From Phoronis australis (taxonomy: Eukaryota > Animalia > Phoronida): a stretch of DNA of 64,000 nt. Shown here one piece after another: positions 26,012 to 39,400 of this stretch. The DNA lies in the NCBI GenBank assembly GCA_002633005.1, contig NMRA01000478.1:264881-328880 (forward strand), given 5' to 3'. The translations under genes and the position numbers were made by a program. A model generated the notes under the pieces. The model did no database searches, was not told where the DNA came from, and saw only the letters and a list, made by a program, of their open reading frames with translations. Numbering within the stretch: position 1 is the stretch's first letter; the number at the start of each line of letters is the position of its first letter.

Positions 26012-29000
26012 TTAGTTGCTGATACTACCAAAACGTACGCGTGAGTGTGAAACTCCCCGGTTGTAGAAATATGAAGCGCACGTCTGACAACATGTTCGCC
26101 AGTTTCCTGGGACTGTGCAGTGGGCAGGCTTGCACCCACTGTTGCGGTCACCGTAAGCGCAGCCTGCGAAGAAATAATGTACAATGAGAGAATCAATTTC
26201 TATTCTGCTGATTTGTAGCACCAAACTACAGTTTTTAATTGCTACATGGGCTTGCGACAAATCTCGCGACATTTTATTACTGTCTAGGACGAGATTTTTT
26301 GTAGTATTTAGTGGGCTAAGTCAAGGATTGATATGTGGTGTTCAGTCATTCACCCTCAAGAAAATACCAGAGGCCATCGTTAACTCAAATTTTAAAGCTT
26401 TCCAGACCTATGAAATGACAATAAAGCTGTGACTGAACTGTTACTGAATAAAAGACTGGTAATTTTGACTAACCTGGTATTGCAATGGCCGCTTTCAGTT
26501 TGCCGCAAGACTCACAACAACGGTTTTCGAAAAATCTGCTGTAACAATTTTGTGTGTCGGCGCAAGTATCTTTGGAGTTGGCAAAGACTGGACCAGGAGT
26601 GTCGCCATGAGGACACGTGTCTGTAGGAGTAAAGGTAAGTTCTGGTTAAGCTAGGGAATGCATTAGGGCTAACATGCACATGTCACGATTTTCTCGTACA
26701 AAAGACCTGAAAACTATGTGCCAGACTGATTCATTAATTCGGAAATAATAAAAACATTCTAGCGCTTGTTATATTGTAACGGGTTTGGCATGAAGTTCTG
26801 GAAGAGATCACGTTTACACGAGCAATTTTGCCTGAAATTTCGAACTCAAAAATACGCCTATTTCAGCTACGGTAAGTTCACCAACTGCTTGCGGGCGTTC
26901 TGTACAAAAAGCTGATGCTCACCTGAAGCTTCAGGTGCTTTTGGATCGTGGACGCATTTGCCATTCTGACACCACTGCAACAAAATATGGATAGTTTATT
27001 TGCTGCACATGACCAGATGGGCATCAAGGGACATTGCCGTGATAAGCGCCAGGGATTTAGTGGGGCGAGCGGAATGTCACAAGTTTGTCAAATTGGTAAA
27101 GGTGAACACCACCTCCCCCCAATCGGGACCTCCCAAATCCCCCAACGTGTTATAAATCCCCAGTGGTTATCTATAATTAACGACCGCCAGATGGTAAGTC
27201 TTATGCCCGTCCTGGTCACCTGACATTTGGTACGTTTGTTCACAAGCCCCATGGTGGAGTTTCTTTTTAACATGAAGATTAGTCCAAGTATTGGCAATTA
27301 AGAGAAAAAATTCACAATATCGGATGCTGTCTAAAAATACAATATATGGAGATACCAAGTAAACCACAAAGTTTCCACTCAGGCAATGCGTACATGTGTC
27401 ATTTTAGAATTCGCAATTATAGGGCAAGCCAACCTCAGTGAACTCTGAAGTCTTTCTTGGGTCCCCAACGGTTTCGATGTTCTATCGATACCTATCACGG
27501 AAAAAATACTATGAAATCGGTTGTATAAGAGTAAAAGGTGTGTAATTCGTTTTTCGTTTTTATCCAGCTAAGTATGGGAAATGCAAGTACATTTGTAGTA
27601 CCGATACACACCCATTCCAGTAAAACATTTTTCAAAAATAAGACACAGATAAGTAAGATAAGTCACATTAACCATTTCCAAACATTAAAACAAGTACTGA
27701 TTTCCCCATATTTTCTGTGAAATACAATACATTGCAGTTGAATCAAAATCAATGTCAATTTGTACCTTACGGTTGCCGCACGTGGTACCACGGGCAGCCT
27801 TCAGCGACCCCGGGCGGTAACATCCCTTTAGTGTTGGATGGTAACAGTACATCAACCTACAAATCATCTGGTCTTGTCTTCTTCCCTGAAACGGGAAATG
27901 AATTGCACGGCAAGTGAATGTTGACATAAAACTGAAACTGTTTTTTTAACTTATGCCCAACGCACATGCATATATTGAGCTGAAATCAAGCATTTTCAGC
28001 GACTATACAACCAAAAGTGTTTCCACGACAAACTATAGTATATGACTTGGAACTATTTGTTGACTGTGCAGCTACTGACGATGTTTGAGTGAAGTTCAGC
28101 CAATCGCCAGGCGGTGTACACAAGGATAGATCAAAATCCGAGTAATTTAGTGTGCGCGTCCGTTTAATGAATACAATATATGGAAACATGAATGTTCTCC
28201 TAAATTTGTTCTGGTTTTGTTCGTATTATTGTTGTGGCCAAAAACGATATTATGTTTATACCATATTTGATATTCTCTGCAAATAATCTAAAACCAGCGA
28301 AGCTTGGAAGCGCCCGAACAAGAAAAACACACGGGTTTAGGAGGATGTGAGGGTTGTGGCCTCCCTTGTCTGCAATTGAAAAGCATAGACTGTCTAGGAC
28401 AATTGGCTGTGTTTCTCATTTGCCGGGTATCTTGGTTGTCGCCTCTTGTGTCGCCCTGGCGACCATATACCCGGAGTACAGCAACAGATGCCGTCAACAG
28501 CCACGTAAATTTTCGACAATATGGGTCTAGTACAACATAGGTCACAACACACAGTCTCGCGGCACCCAAAATCCGCTAGTAAAGATAAGAACGCCTCTAC
28601 TGTGAACACTCTGCCTGGAAGATGATTTCCCGGAGGGAACTAATTCGGATTTATTTAAAGTATTTCGTACTGGATGTAGATTTAAAACAATAAATGATTT
28701 ACCCCGCAGTAATAAGACAGTTGACCGTACACCTGTCGACACTGGTCATCCGGTGTGTTCTGCTGACCAGGCTGTATGCTGAGATGTGACTCCCACTCGG
28801 TATTGTTGATAAAATCCTTGGCTTTGTTCAAAAGGCAGTTCCTGCCGTATCTGTAAGCAGCCATCGAAGTCAGAAATTAAGGTTAAGTTTGTGTAGGGCC
28901 CTAGAAACATGGTCAAATTTAAATACCTCAGAAATGGCGGACCGGATTCACCGGAAACTTCCAGACGCCACGCTTTGTGCACTGTTCTATGGGTACAAAA

Positions 29001-32000
29001 CGTTATTAGAATTGTTTTTTAAAATGTTTCACTGTAATCAGCGTCTTTTGATATTTCATCTTGGACATTTGTATCAAACAAAATTTGGTTTTGTTATCAA
29101 TGCCTTTGTTTTGCTATGATTATCCCTTTCTTTTTTCTGAATGTAACTAAGACGCGAGGACACGTGACCTAATTAATGGGAGATTGGCAAAATGTCAGGC
29201 TTTCTACTTTTAGAAAATATACATTTTTACTGAGTTGAAATGTACAGTTTTCTAGATGTTTGATTTGAATACACCAACTTGTCCATAAGGTCCTGCATAA
29301 ACTTAAGAGTCTGAATCAAAGTCAGTCTGCTCGCAAACAGGTTTGTTTCAGCACTGAACATGCAAATCTCAAACTTAAGTCTTTGATCGTAAGGCAACAC
29401 TTGTGTGAAATTTCTTTTAAAACTTCTGACTCTACAATAACCAAATAATACTCCGAACTTCACCTGTTAAGTCGGTCGACATAGTCCCTAGCATCCCTCT
29501 TGGAACATTCCGAGAAAGTGCTTCTATGGTCATAGCTGCTCGTCTGCTTAATAGGAGTCATGATAAACTGGTGTATGGCCGAGCAGTTGTTGTTATCGCC
29601 GTCATGATCAATGTCAAATCTGCCGGAAAGAAAATGGCTATACTTCTTTGTAGAAAATTGACAGGATTTAGTCCCGCACGTGCATAATATGCGTAAGACA
29701 GGATTATATAGTTTGCCATTGAGCAAACTGGTTGCAGTTGAGACGATTTCACGTCATGACGTTTGTCGCCCTTTTCCGGAAGTATAACCCACTTGCCTAG
29801 AAGACGAATCATGTTCGTACCAAGCACAGCGTTTATCAAAACGCTCATACATTTAGTTATAACAATTTTAGCAAAAGTATACTAATATTTTCGTTCTTGT
29901 AAAATTTCGCTAGTTGACAATGGCGTCCCTGGGATTTCTGAAGGGAGACTCTGAATATTTGATCGGACAGGTGATGTCTTGATCGTTGGATGCATTTTTC
30001 TACAGATTGAAGCATCAAAGAAATCCCTGAATTCACCTATGACTTGGCATTATTCTGGTTAGTTGGAATTTGTTCTGAATAGTCTCAGTAAAGTTGCACA
30101 GTTTCAACGTTCAAGGTGCGGCGAAACTTACGCGTGCGCCAGTTCGTGTGCCGCCGTGCTGGTCGTGGCATGAGTCCCGCGGTCTTCAACCACCGACTGA
30201 CTCGCAGAGTAGCACATGCCCTTTCGGAACCCCATACCTGTGCAAATAAGTCAAAAAGGCAAAGGTAGCATTCTTGCACGTGAAGAACGGCAACGTTAAT
30301 CGTACTTAAGAACAGTTACTAGCTCTAACTCGATACAGTACGTGTCGGTATAGGGAAACATTGCGTAGAAAGAATGTGAATCACTATGCAACGTACCCAA
30401 AACGTCCGAATGCAAAGTTCCATTGAAACCGATTTCACACAGATCGTACCTAAAATGAAATCATGAGGAATTAACGTGAAGTAAAATCGACCAGGGCTGG
30501 ATGCATGAAACTGAAATGTTCCTCTGGATAAATGTGATCGTTCCATGCCACGTCATCGTTGTTCTCAAGCGTTTAACTCTGATGCAACCAAGCCCAGAGG
30601 TGCGTTTCGTGAAAGTGACTTCAGACTTAAAACAGAAGTTTGGTCTCACGCTTCCGCTTCATAGGTGCCAAAAAATGTTTAGCCCAGTAAATATATACAT
30701 GTACATATACATATACATTTACATATACATATATATATATATATATATGAGCCCATCATAGTCTAGACATCATTTCTAGAAATTATCTCAGTAAGCAGCA
30801 GATACACCTGTATCTGTTTATTTTCAAAGGCTTTGCATTTTGCTCCAGTGAGATGAAATGTTTTTCGGAAATAGTTGTGAGGAGTGTAAGACCAAATTTC
30901 TGTCTTAAGTGCAGCTGATTGGATAAGTCAAGAGTTACATTTCAAGAAAGTCATAAGTTACTTTTCATGAAACGGACCACAGAAATTCAAGTAATTTGGC
31001 GGTAAAAATTCGAAATCCAAAGAGTATGAGCATTTTTGTCAACGTGTACAATGAAAGGTCTGGTGTGTTCGACCCTTCCATAATGTCATTCTTTGCAGAG
31101 GAAACCACCTCCATAAAACAGGTGCTAAAAGTACGTGAAAACTGTTCTCTACTTGAATATTCACAAGAGTTGGAGTAACCCTTTGATACGCAGCATAAAC
31201 TAAGTAAATTTATCTTACCCTGTCAAGAGCATTGCGTGATCGTGCGGCTGCAGTGTACGGTGGATAGTTGGGTTGCTGATCCAGAAATGAAAATTGTTGA
31301 GGACTTTCAGTATTTCAACTAGATCTCGACTCCTGTTGCCGTTGGGAGACTTCAGACGGATAGATTCCGTGAAGGGGGCCATGCTGGACTCCTAAGGAAA
31401 TGTTCAGAATTCCCATGGTGATCATTTTCTGTTACCAGTAAAGGTGCATGTCACACTGAATTTAACAACGTTTGCACAAGTCTGTGCAGTGGATATCACG
31501 AACTTCTTCAAAGATAAGAGGAAGATGACCGCATGAATGCTTGGAGTTAGCACATAAAACTACCCAACCCCATGCAAGAATCGTTGCGATATTTGGCTTT
31601 CGAAAGATGAAGTCTTAAAACTAGTTTCCTTTTGTTTGCGCACGATAATTGTTGAACTACGACACGAAGTGCATTATTTGTGCATGGTGAACGAAGGTCT
31701 GTCTCCCAAAGGTAGAGATTAAAAGGAGTTCTTTGCAAACATGAATTTTTCATTAACCTTACGCAAGATGCAGTCTTTGAGGGTCAGATAAGAATTACGA
31801 GTTACCAGTACCACTTACAGTGGCGACATATATCCCCGTTAACTTGATCTTAAATTCATATTCATCTGTTTGAAGAGAAGAGTAGATCTTGTCCATCTGT
31901 AAAAGCCGCAAACACACAGTGTTGGTCACGAGATTACGAAACGGGAACAATACGTCCTATATATCTATCAAATGTAGATGCAAAATTTAGGAATTTAAAA

Positions 32001-35000
32001 ATTAAGCGATGTGTGAATTACAGCCGTGTTTCAGACACAGATAGGCTGTACTGGATGTTTCGTTGACGTCATTATGGTCGACTTTCCGCCCTACTCCGTT
32101 TTTGACGTGATTATTAATGTCTACTGTCCATACTTTTACGTTCAACCAAATTACAAACCTGCCAAAGCAATTTGTTTCGAATTTGTTGGTAATTTGAATC
32201 TTCAGTGATTGCCTCTCCCCAGTGGCCCCCTAAAAATCGTTTTATCTGCTTTTTATCAAGCTAAATCACGCGACAGTGCATGCAGTTACGTGGGCATTTC
32301 GAACGCTTCTCACTTACATTGTGCACAACATGTACCACGTGGTGACGTAGCGCTTGTATGGCGTCGCGGGACTTTTCCTTTTCCCCGCTTTTAGAGCTTT
32401 TGTCGTGATATCTGCAGATGAGGCAAGTCAGGTTTACATGTCTCTCGGTCATAACTCGTCATTTGACATAACCTGATCATTCAAATAGGCGGGATTTCTA
32501 AACAAAATGAAACTTGATCTTTGTATTATAATCCCTGCATTATCTTTACGGAGAAAAACAGAAACAAAAAGCGACAAACCTCTTATATAAAGCGTAATCG
32601 ACAACAACTAAAACTTCAATGGTTAACTGCTGGAGTGGGTTGTTCTCCTTCTGCAGCAGCGATCCCCAACTGTCCTCATTGTCTTCTTGAGTTGAAACGG
32701 AAATTGTAGGTGTCAATTGAATTGTTGTTGGTGTGGGCGCCATTGTAGTAATAGAGGGTGCGCTTGTACTTGAGTCTGCCGCAGTCAACGACTGTTCTGT
32801 CGTGTGATCGGTTAGTGGCGAGCTCGCTGTTGTCGACTGCTCTGTCATGTGATTGGTTAGAGGCAAGATCGTTGTTGACGGGTTTGGATTTCTAGTCCAA
32901 GTTTGTATGTTTCGAGGCATTGACGGAGGTGAGTTGGTTGATGTCATTTGTAAGTAATTATCTTTCACGGTTGTTTGCTGTAAATCTTCTTTTGTGACAA
33001 ATTGGAAATTTGTTGTCTGTCGTGTCTGACTTGTTGGTTTTTGTGTAATGGTGGAATCTGGGAGTTCTGGTGAAGTGCCGAGATGATGATGTTCTGACGC
33101 AACAATAATTTTATCTAGAACTGTAGTTGTTGTCGCGGTCGTTGATTTTCGGTATAATCGCAATCTGCGGCGTGTTTGCTCTCTAATTTTCTTCAGCCAT
33201 CTCAAATAAATGGGTGACTGCTGTAATTTTGTAACGTAGCTGGCTTTGGTGACTGGAGCTGTCGTCGTCATTGCTAGTGTTCCTGTTGTTGTTGTTTTTC
33301 TTTCCGAACCTTCAGTCTTCCTTGCCAAAGTTGATTCAATTGGAGACGAATCCATTACGGTTGCTATGGCAGGAGTTGTTGCTTGCGTGATCTTTACTGA
33401 CATAGCCCTCTGATCTTGTGTCTTAAGAATCGTATAGTGGAAGTTATCTTGACGCCTGTGCGTGGAATCAAATTTATACCCCGTTGTTGTAATACCATCA
33501 TTATAAGAGATCATCGGCGTTGGTGTGGTGATTGAAGTGCGAGTGCTGGAGCTTCTGGAAACCATCTCTCTAAGGCGCATTCTTATTTTGCGCAGCCATT
33601 CTGGTTCTACGTAAGACCCACGCCGTCTAGTTGCATATTCAGACCGAGACCTGGTTGTTGTGTCGACGCTACGTGTAGAACTAATTGGTTTTGGAGTGGA
33701 AGAATTGGAATCATCGTTCTCCAGATTTTCTTTGTCCCAAACATTGCCACTGGGAAGGCCATAAGTCCTCTGAACGACCGTAGAAGTTTCAAATAGGCTT
33801 CCTCCTGCTGAGTGGTGACCAGAAGATGAGGAAACAAATTGTGCACTGTGACCAGGAGCACCGAGTGAGGGAATATTTATAGGAGACGAAGGGTCTGAGG
33901 TAGGCATTGTTCGCCTACCTCCACGACCAATGTTGTTGTATCTCCCAGATATGAACACGCTCCTGGTCCTGTTTAAGAATGGTCTAGAATACTGATTTGA
34001 GCGACGGTCTTCTGCAACGCGATGCCGTGGCCTCTGCCACCACATGTTACCGTAATTACGCGAATTGGTGCCAGGAATTGAGTTACCATTATTTGTTCTC
34101 GGTGCTGTGGTATAGTCTTCTGATGGATGTCTCCCTGGGTTAATGTGATCTGAATTTCTCACGAGGTTGTTAAATGTCGGTGGGTTATATCCGACGCGAG
34201 ACGCCCAAGATCCACGCCTCTGCGACAAGCCTCGCTGTCTATCGAGTGATTCGATTTGGCGACTAAGCTCTCTCATCATTGCGTCTAATCGCTGCTGAAG
34301 TGCTAAATAACGCCCAGAGTCTCTTCTTGGTGTCAAATTTTCCGTTGACGACGACGGAACTCTTGTTTGACTCCCACGATTGTGGTGCGAATAGGAAGGA
34401 GCTCCCGGGCCTCGTGGGCTCCTACGGTAGCTTGGAAAGTTCGTGAAACGACGTCTACCATTGTTATGTCTGGACTGCCAACTGGAAAACCCGCCACCAT
34501 TTCTTGCCTATAAATTACAAGAAGAAAACGTGTTGTTATAAACTTTGAGTATTTGAAAGAAGGCAAAAATCTAGAATGAAAGACATAAATTGAGGGTTCT
34601 CAGCCTCAAATCATAGCACCATTTAAAAGTGTGCATGTTACTTTAAAACCCGGCGGCAAGTAAAGGTTAAAAGCCAGTGTTAAAGCCTTTGAAATTTCCC
34701 CAAAATGAAAAAAATGGAATAGGCCCGGTTTGGTGTCAGCCAGGCGGGCATAATGGAGGGTGATTATTTCGGATGATTTTCAGTGGTGCTGTGAAGCTCT
34801 GACGTGTAAAACGTCCACCCATTTGACCTCTGATAATCTGGAACTGGAAGTAAGCCGTTTTTAAAGCATTTCTTTGTTCAGCCGAATATTTTCCCGCAAA
34901 TACTTTTCAGACGAATAGAAAATGGAAATAAATCTACTTGTAATCACTAAGTTCTCCTTTTGAAACCCGCAGGGCAAGAGCAATTTGAATCGAGTCTCCG

Positions 35001-36409
35001 GTCTAGAATAGGGGCGAATGTGAATTCCCATTTCTTGGTCATTTTGGCTCGTCAATTGTTTCGGTGGACGTACCGAGGAAAAACGTTCTGACTTTGTTGA
35101 ATCTATTCTTCCATGAGAAACACCATCGTGTGTGCTTTCTTTGAGTTTCGCGTTTCTTTCCTTTCAAGTGTCTTGAGGCAGAGTGGTAAGAAGGGAGTGT
35201 GTTGAACCAGTTTACGATTTTTGACTGTAGACCTGTGCCGTTTTCCCAAAGAAATTGTTCTATTCAGCGCTTTGTATAATTTTTGTGATACAACCGACAA
35301 TGCTTGGCTGAGTCAGATTTCCACTGAGAATACTCATAGCTATTACATTAACAATATCAATAAAACGTATTTTGAGACCCGCGTTCACCGACTAAAACGC
35401 CTCCCCGTAACATTTTCAGCCAGCCGTTTTCCCAAAGAAATTGTTCTATTCAGCGCTTTGTATAATTTTTGTGGTACAACCGACAATGCTTGGCTGAGTC
35501 AGATTTCCACTGAGAATACTCATAGCTATTACATTAACAATATCAATAAAACGTATTTTGAGACCCGCGTTCACCGACTAAAACGCCTCCCCGTAACATT
35601 TTCAGCCAGGTTTTCGTGTTATTTTTTGTAAGAAAAGCTGCAAGAAGGCACATAAGCAGAATTTGAAACATCTTGGTTTGCCAAGCAGTGAGTCGAAAAA
35701 CCTGCATCAACTGTGCTAACCTCAGGCTTTTAAACCCCACAGATGTTTCCCTATGGAACTAGCTTGAATAGCCAACCCTTTTTATACTTTGTTTGTTGAA
35801 ACAAAACGAATCGCAGCAGCAGGATATTCAATGGGAAAGGAGCACTTTGGTAAAATTGAAATGGTTGCCCTCTTCCACAGGTGGAGCTGGTATCACTGGG
35901 AAAGTGTAAGTAAATGGTCATCAATCCAAGCGGTGCAATTTGCCGAACCTACATGTAGGATGTCATAATGTTTTGCCGTCATGACGGCTAATTCTGTTCA
36001 CAACAAAAGCTACTGGTAATAACTATTAGGGTGGCAAAAATTTAATTGCAGAATGGCTTTGACACGTTACTAACTTTTCTGTCCACTCCCTTCATTCTCG
36101 GTCGAGAGAGAATACTACTCTGATGAGGAATTCGCCACCCAGCCGTCATGACGGGGAATTCCGCTATGTCTGAACACTTTTTACTTGTTGTTTAATATAC
36201 TGTATGCCTGCGGATGCTCTAACAACGGACATGCTAAGTTTTGGTGATGGTTGTATGTGGGGTTGGCTCTCTGGATCCCCTTAATCCACCGACGCGCTTT
36301 CTAGAGGAGAATCTCCGGGCACTTACCACGTCCCGTCTTCTTCTGTTATGAAATATCCATTTAACATTACTGTCAGACTCCCGAGGGAAATTGAAGGCAT
36401 TTGTCGACA
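26012..36409 (-). CDS. ADAMTS/MIG-17-like reprolysin (M12B) zinc metalloprotease with long disordered N-terminal region and Cys-rich C-terminal repeats; 5' (signal-peptide) exon not located
   Basis: Exons in order: 36327-36409 (less certain), 32580-34507, 32318-32411, 31819-31896, 31219-31391, 30397-30449, 30132-30237, 29464-29619, 28703-28850, 27766-27885, 26923-26974, 26474-26620, 26012-26163. All GT-AG and phase-consistent. Motifs: LTIEVLVVVDYALY, HDHAMLLTGYDLC, GMC..SVVED, AAHELAHAFDIDHDG (zinc site), FIMTP (Met-turn), FSECS, PGQ...PDDQC, AARGTTCGNRKWCQNGKCV (ADAMTS Cys-rich), then two C-x-(H/Y)GD..C..C..CC-x-(S/T)C PLAC-like repeats. Confidence 0.88.
30692..30748. repeat. (TACATA)n/(TA)n microsatellite
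   Basis: Directly visible. Confidence 0.9.
35237..35608. repeat. Near-perfect 186-bp tandem duplication in an intron
   Basis: Unit starting gccgttttcccaaagaaattg occurs at 35237 and 35423. I saw one difference (tgtgataca vs tgtggtaca). Confidence 0.9.
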
Positions 36410-39400
36410 CTGGAAAATAAGAATCTTGTAAACAAAGTACCCAGAAAGAAAACAGACAAAGGACACGACTTCAATATTTTGAAATACGACAACAATCAGT
36501 GATTGAATACCAACTTTGATTTTTGTATATTAAAATGTGGGTTTTACTATGGGGAAACCCTGTCTTAATTTGTCCCAATAACCGTGAAAAAACTGACCGA
36601 TAATGTTGCAATAGAGATACATGCATTGAGAACTGAATGTTTCACGTTACGAAAAGAGCTGCAAATGGTTAAATGGAACTGTTAAACGCTTTGAATGCGA
36701 CTTGGTGATGCTGGTAAATTCCACATATTCCATGAGGTTTTAGTCGATTTTTATAAAAGCGAAATTAATAAACATGATAATTAAGTAAAGCGAAAATGGG
36801 ATTCTGCGAGCAAGACCCTAAATACAGACGTTCTGTGACTCCTGACTCGCTGTAATTGCTGTGATGTATATTGCCTCACTTCATTCGTGTTATCGCCCCG
36901 TCTACAATGCCTGTCGAGCGCAACGTTAGGTGCTGGCAAGACCGACACACTTATCGCCTGGCGGCGACAATATGTGTCGAGTGTGACAGCGTATACTGTT
37001 ACACTGAGATGTCACGTGAACTTGTTTGGCTGTGTACATGTACAAGTAAACCTACGCAATACTGCTGGCATGTGAATCCAAACTTTGACGAGTGACCCAC
37101 ACGGTAGCTGAAGTATGATGTGGGGTCCAGCGTTCGAGTAGGGGGGCGACATAAAGTAAGAGGGAAATAACTCTCTTCTTTACTGTCCCAATGTGTATGT
37201 TTACCAAATGTACGCTCCTGCAAACGCGGCTGGGAACAGGCGTGGTTACCATACAGTGTCGGATCTAGGATATCACAGGGGGGGCCCAACATTTTTTTCC
37301 GAAAACATTTGCTCAAAGCACAATTGTAGATGCGCATAGCACCGAATGGAGGAGGTCGGGAGGGGGTTTGCCATAATCACCTGTACCTTAGTGCTCAACG
37401 TGCTACATCCTGGCTGTTGACAATACTTCCCTGGACTCCCCCTGACTATGGATCTGCGTGTGTGCTCAAAAGCCTGGTATGCAAACTACCATTCAACACA
37501 GTTGTTGATGACAAAATGTGGCGGTGTTCACAGCAAACACCGTGGAACTCAACCCGATATGGATGTTGACAACATATATATTGTCGCGCTCGTGGCCTGG
37601 GCGACAATGTGTGTCGAGTGCTGCAATATATGTCACAATTGTTGTTCTTGTGTTTTATCCGAATCTGTTATCAATGATCAAATCAAATGGCAAATTGTTA
37701 CGATTATCGAGGTTGGGACTGAAGATTGCGGGACGTCTCGAACATTGAGCAGAGTTCCTCAGAACGGAGGCGCGAAAGAACGCAGCTTACACGCACCGGC
37801 CGGTATTCTTAGAACGTACTCGGCGTCACCACTTCTGATTTGAGGAATCGTTGTCATCATTTTAATTTACTTTCTATAGAAATCGACTGAAAACTCCAGA
37901 GAATACATCTTAAGTGAAACAAATTACCCTTCGAAAACGCCTTCCAAAATACAAAATTTCCCTTTAAATCACGCACATGGATACACATTCGGCGGATGCG
38001 ATCGAGTGTTGGGGAATTACCCAGCTTACAACACGTGCACGAGAGATTCCTGTCTTATTGTTGATCTAAACCCAAAGTTAACAAATCTTCAAGATAAACT
38101 GATACTAAGCCAACCTGCTGTTCTGAGTGGGAAATACACCAATATACAGCAAACGCAAAACTTAACTAGGGTAAATAGAGGTTAATGAATTAAATTTGTG
38201 TAAATCAAGTGTTCACGCGTAGTCACGTTGATTACGCTCAAGGTACCAATTACACTAGTTATTGGGAACTTTTGAACGCTTTGCCGATGCGTGTTTGTCA
38301 GTACTGGGTCGTTCCAGCCCGGGAACCGCTTTTCGTTTCTTGGGCTGGTTCATAACTTAAACACAGGTGCGCATCCTACTGAATCATACGAATTGACATG
38401 GAAGGTTAATTCACACAAGAAAGGTTCATCAAAACGTATGGCTTAAAGAGTTTCGAGGGGTAGTCTGCAACTGTTTCGGAGGAGTATTCTACCAACATCT
38501 TCCATTGTTCATGTGCTACATAACACATGGGTTGAACATAAAGGAAACTTCTATCTTATGAGTATGTCATTCGTCATGCGAAGTACCGTGAATGAAGGGT
38601 AAAGATACATGAAAAGGGTGTTCAAAAATGTTCACAAAATACCGTCTGAAAATGAATACCAGAAAACGATCTTAGTTGCAACTAATGGCGTTTTCATTTT
38701 ATACGTATTTCAGGAATCCCCACATTTCTGTTGAAAGACCACAATTGACTTCAACTGAAGATTTTTTTCAGACTGCACATGTGGAACAATCGGCCATAGT
38801 ATGCATCACAGAACGAGCACGTCTCATTCACCTACTATACAACTGATTAAACACAGGAAAATTGAAAACAGTTCTCTTTAATATTCTCCGTATTGGCGCA
38901 TAGGTAATACTGGAAGAGCCTCACACAATTGGTCGCGTTTGGTTCCAAAATTGTAACCTTGTCGTTCTCCACAATTGAGGGCAACTGTGCATTGCAAACA
39001 AAACTTAAGGAGCATTGGTATAAGAAAACACTATTACTTCCAAACTAAACCACATCCCGGTACTCGTATCTAAGAACATTTTTGTGAATACTTTCGGGAC
39101 AATCTGTACTGTGAGCTTTGCCTCGTCTTGATAAAGAGAGCCCTGTTATGAAGATTTGAAGTTAATCGCAATGGCTGGTGTAGGCTTAATTTGGATGTTT
39201 GCTTATCGCAGTTGCTATTTACGTCATAAACGTCATCGTTTTCGATCCAATTCTTATGAAATTTACCGAGCTGACGTAATTTATTGGAACTGAGTGTGAG
39301 AACTAAACTGACAACTTTATCGATTACAAGTGGTCTAAATTAGCGTCCCATCGTTTTCTGACCACAATTTTAACTCCATTAAACCATTCACCAAGGTTCT

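Noticed and set aside
32546-34336. Stand-alone 596-aa mucin-like gene
   Set aside because: It is an internal exon (32580-34507) of the metalloprotease, bounded by splice sites and starting at a non-ATG codon in the track.
35221-35631. 136-aa plus-strand ORF with an internal repeat
   Set aside because: It results from the 186-bp tandem duplication, lies antisense in an intron and shows no protein motifs.
37790-37860. Candidate first exon of the protease (MMTTIPQIRSGDAEYVLRIPAGA, phase-1 donor)
   Set aside because: It is phase-compatible but has no hydrophobic signal peptide, so support is insufficient.
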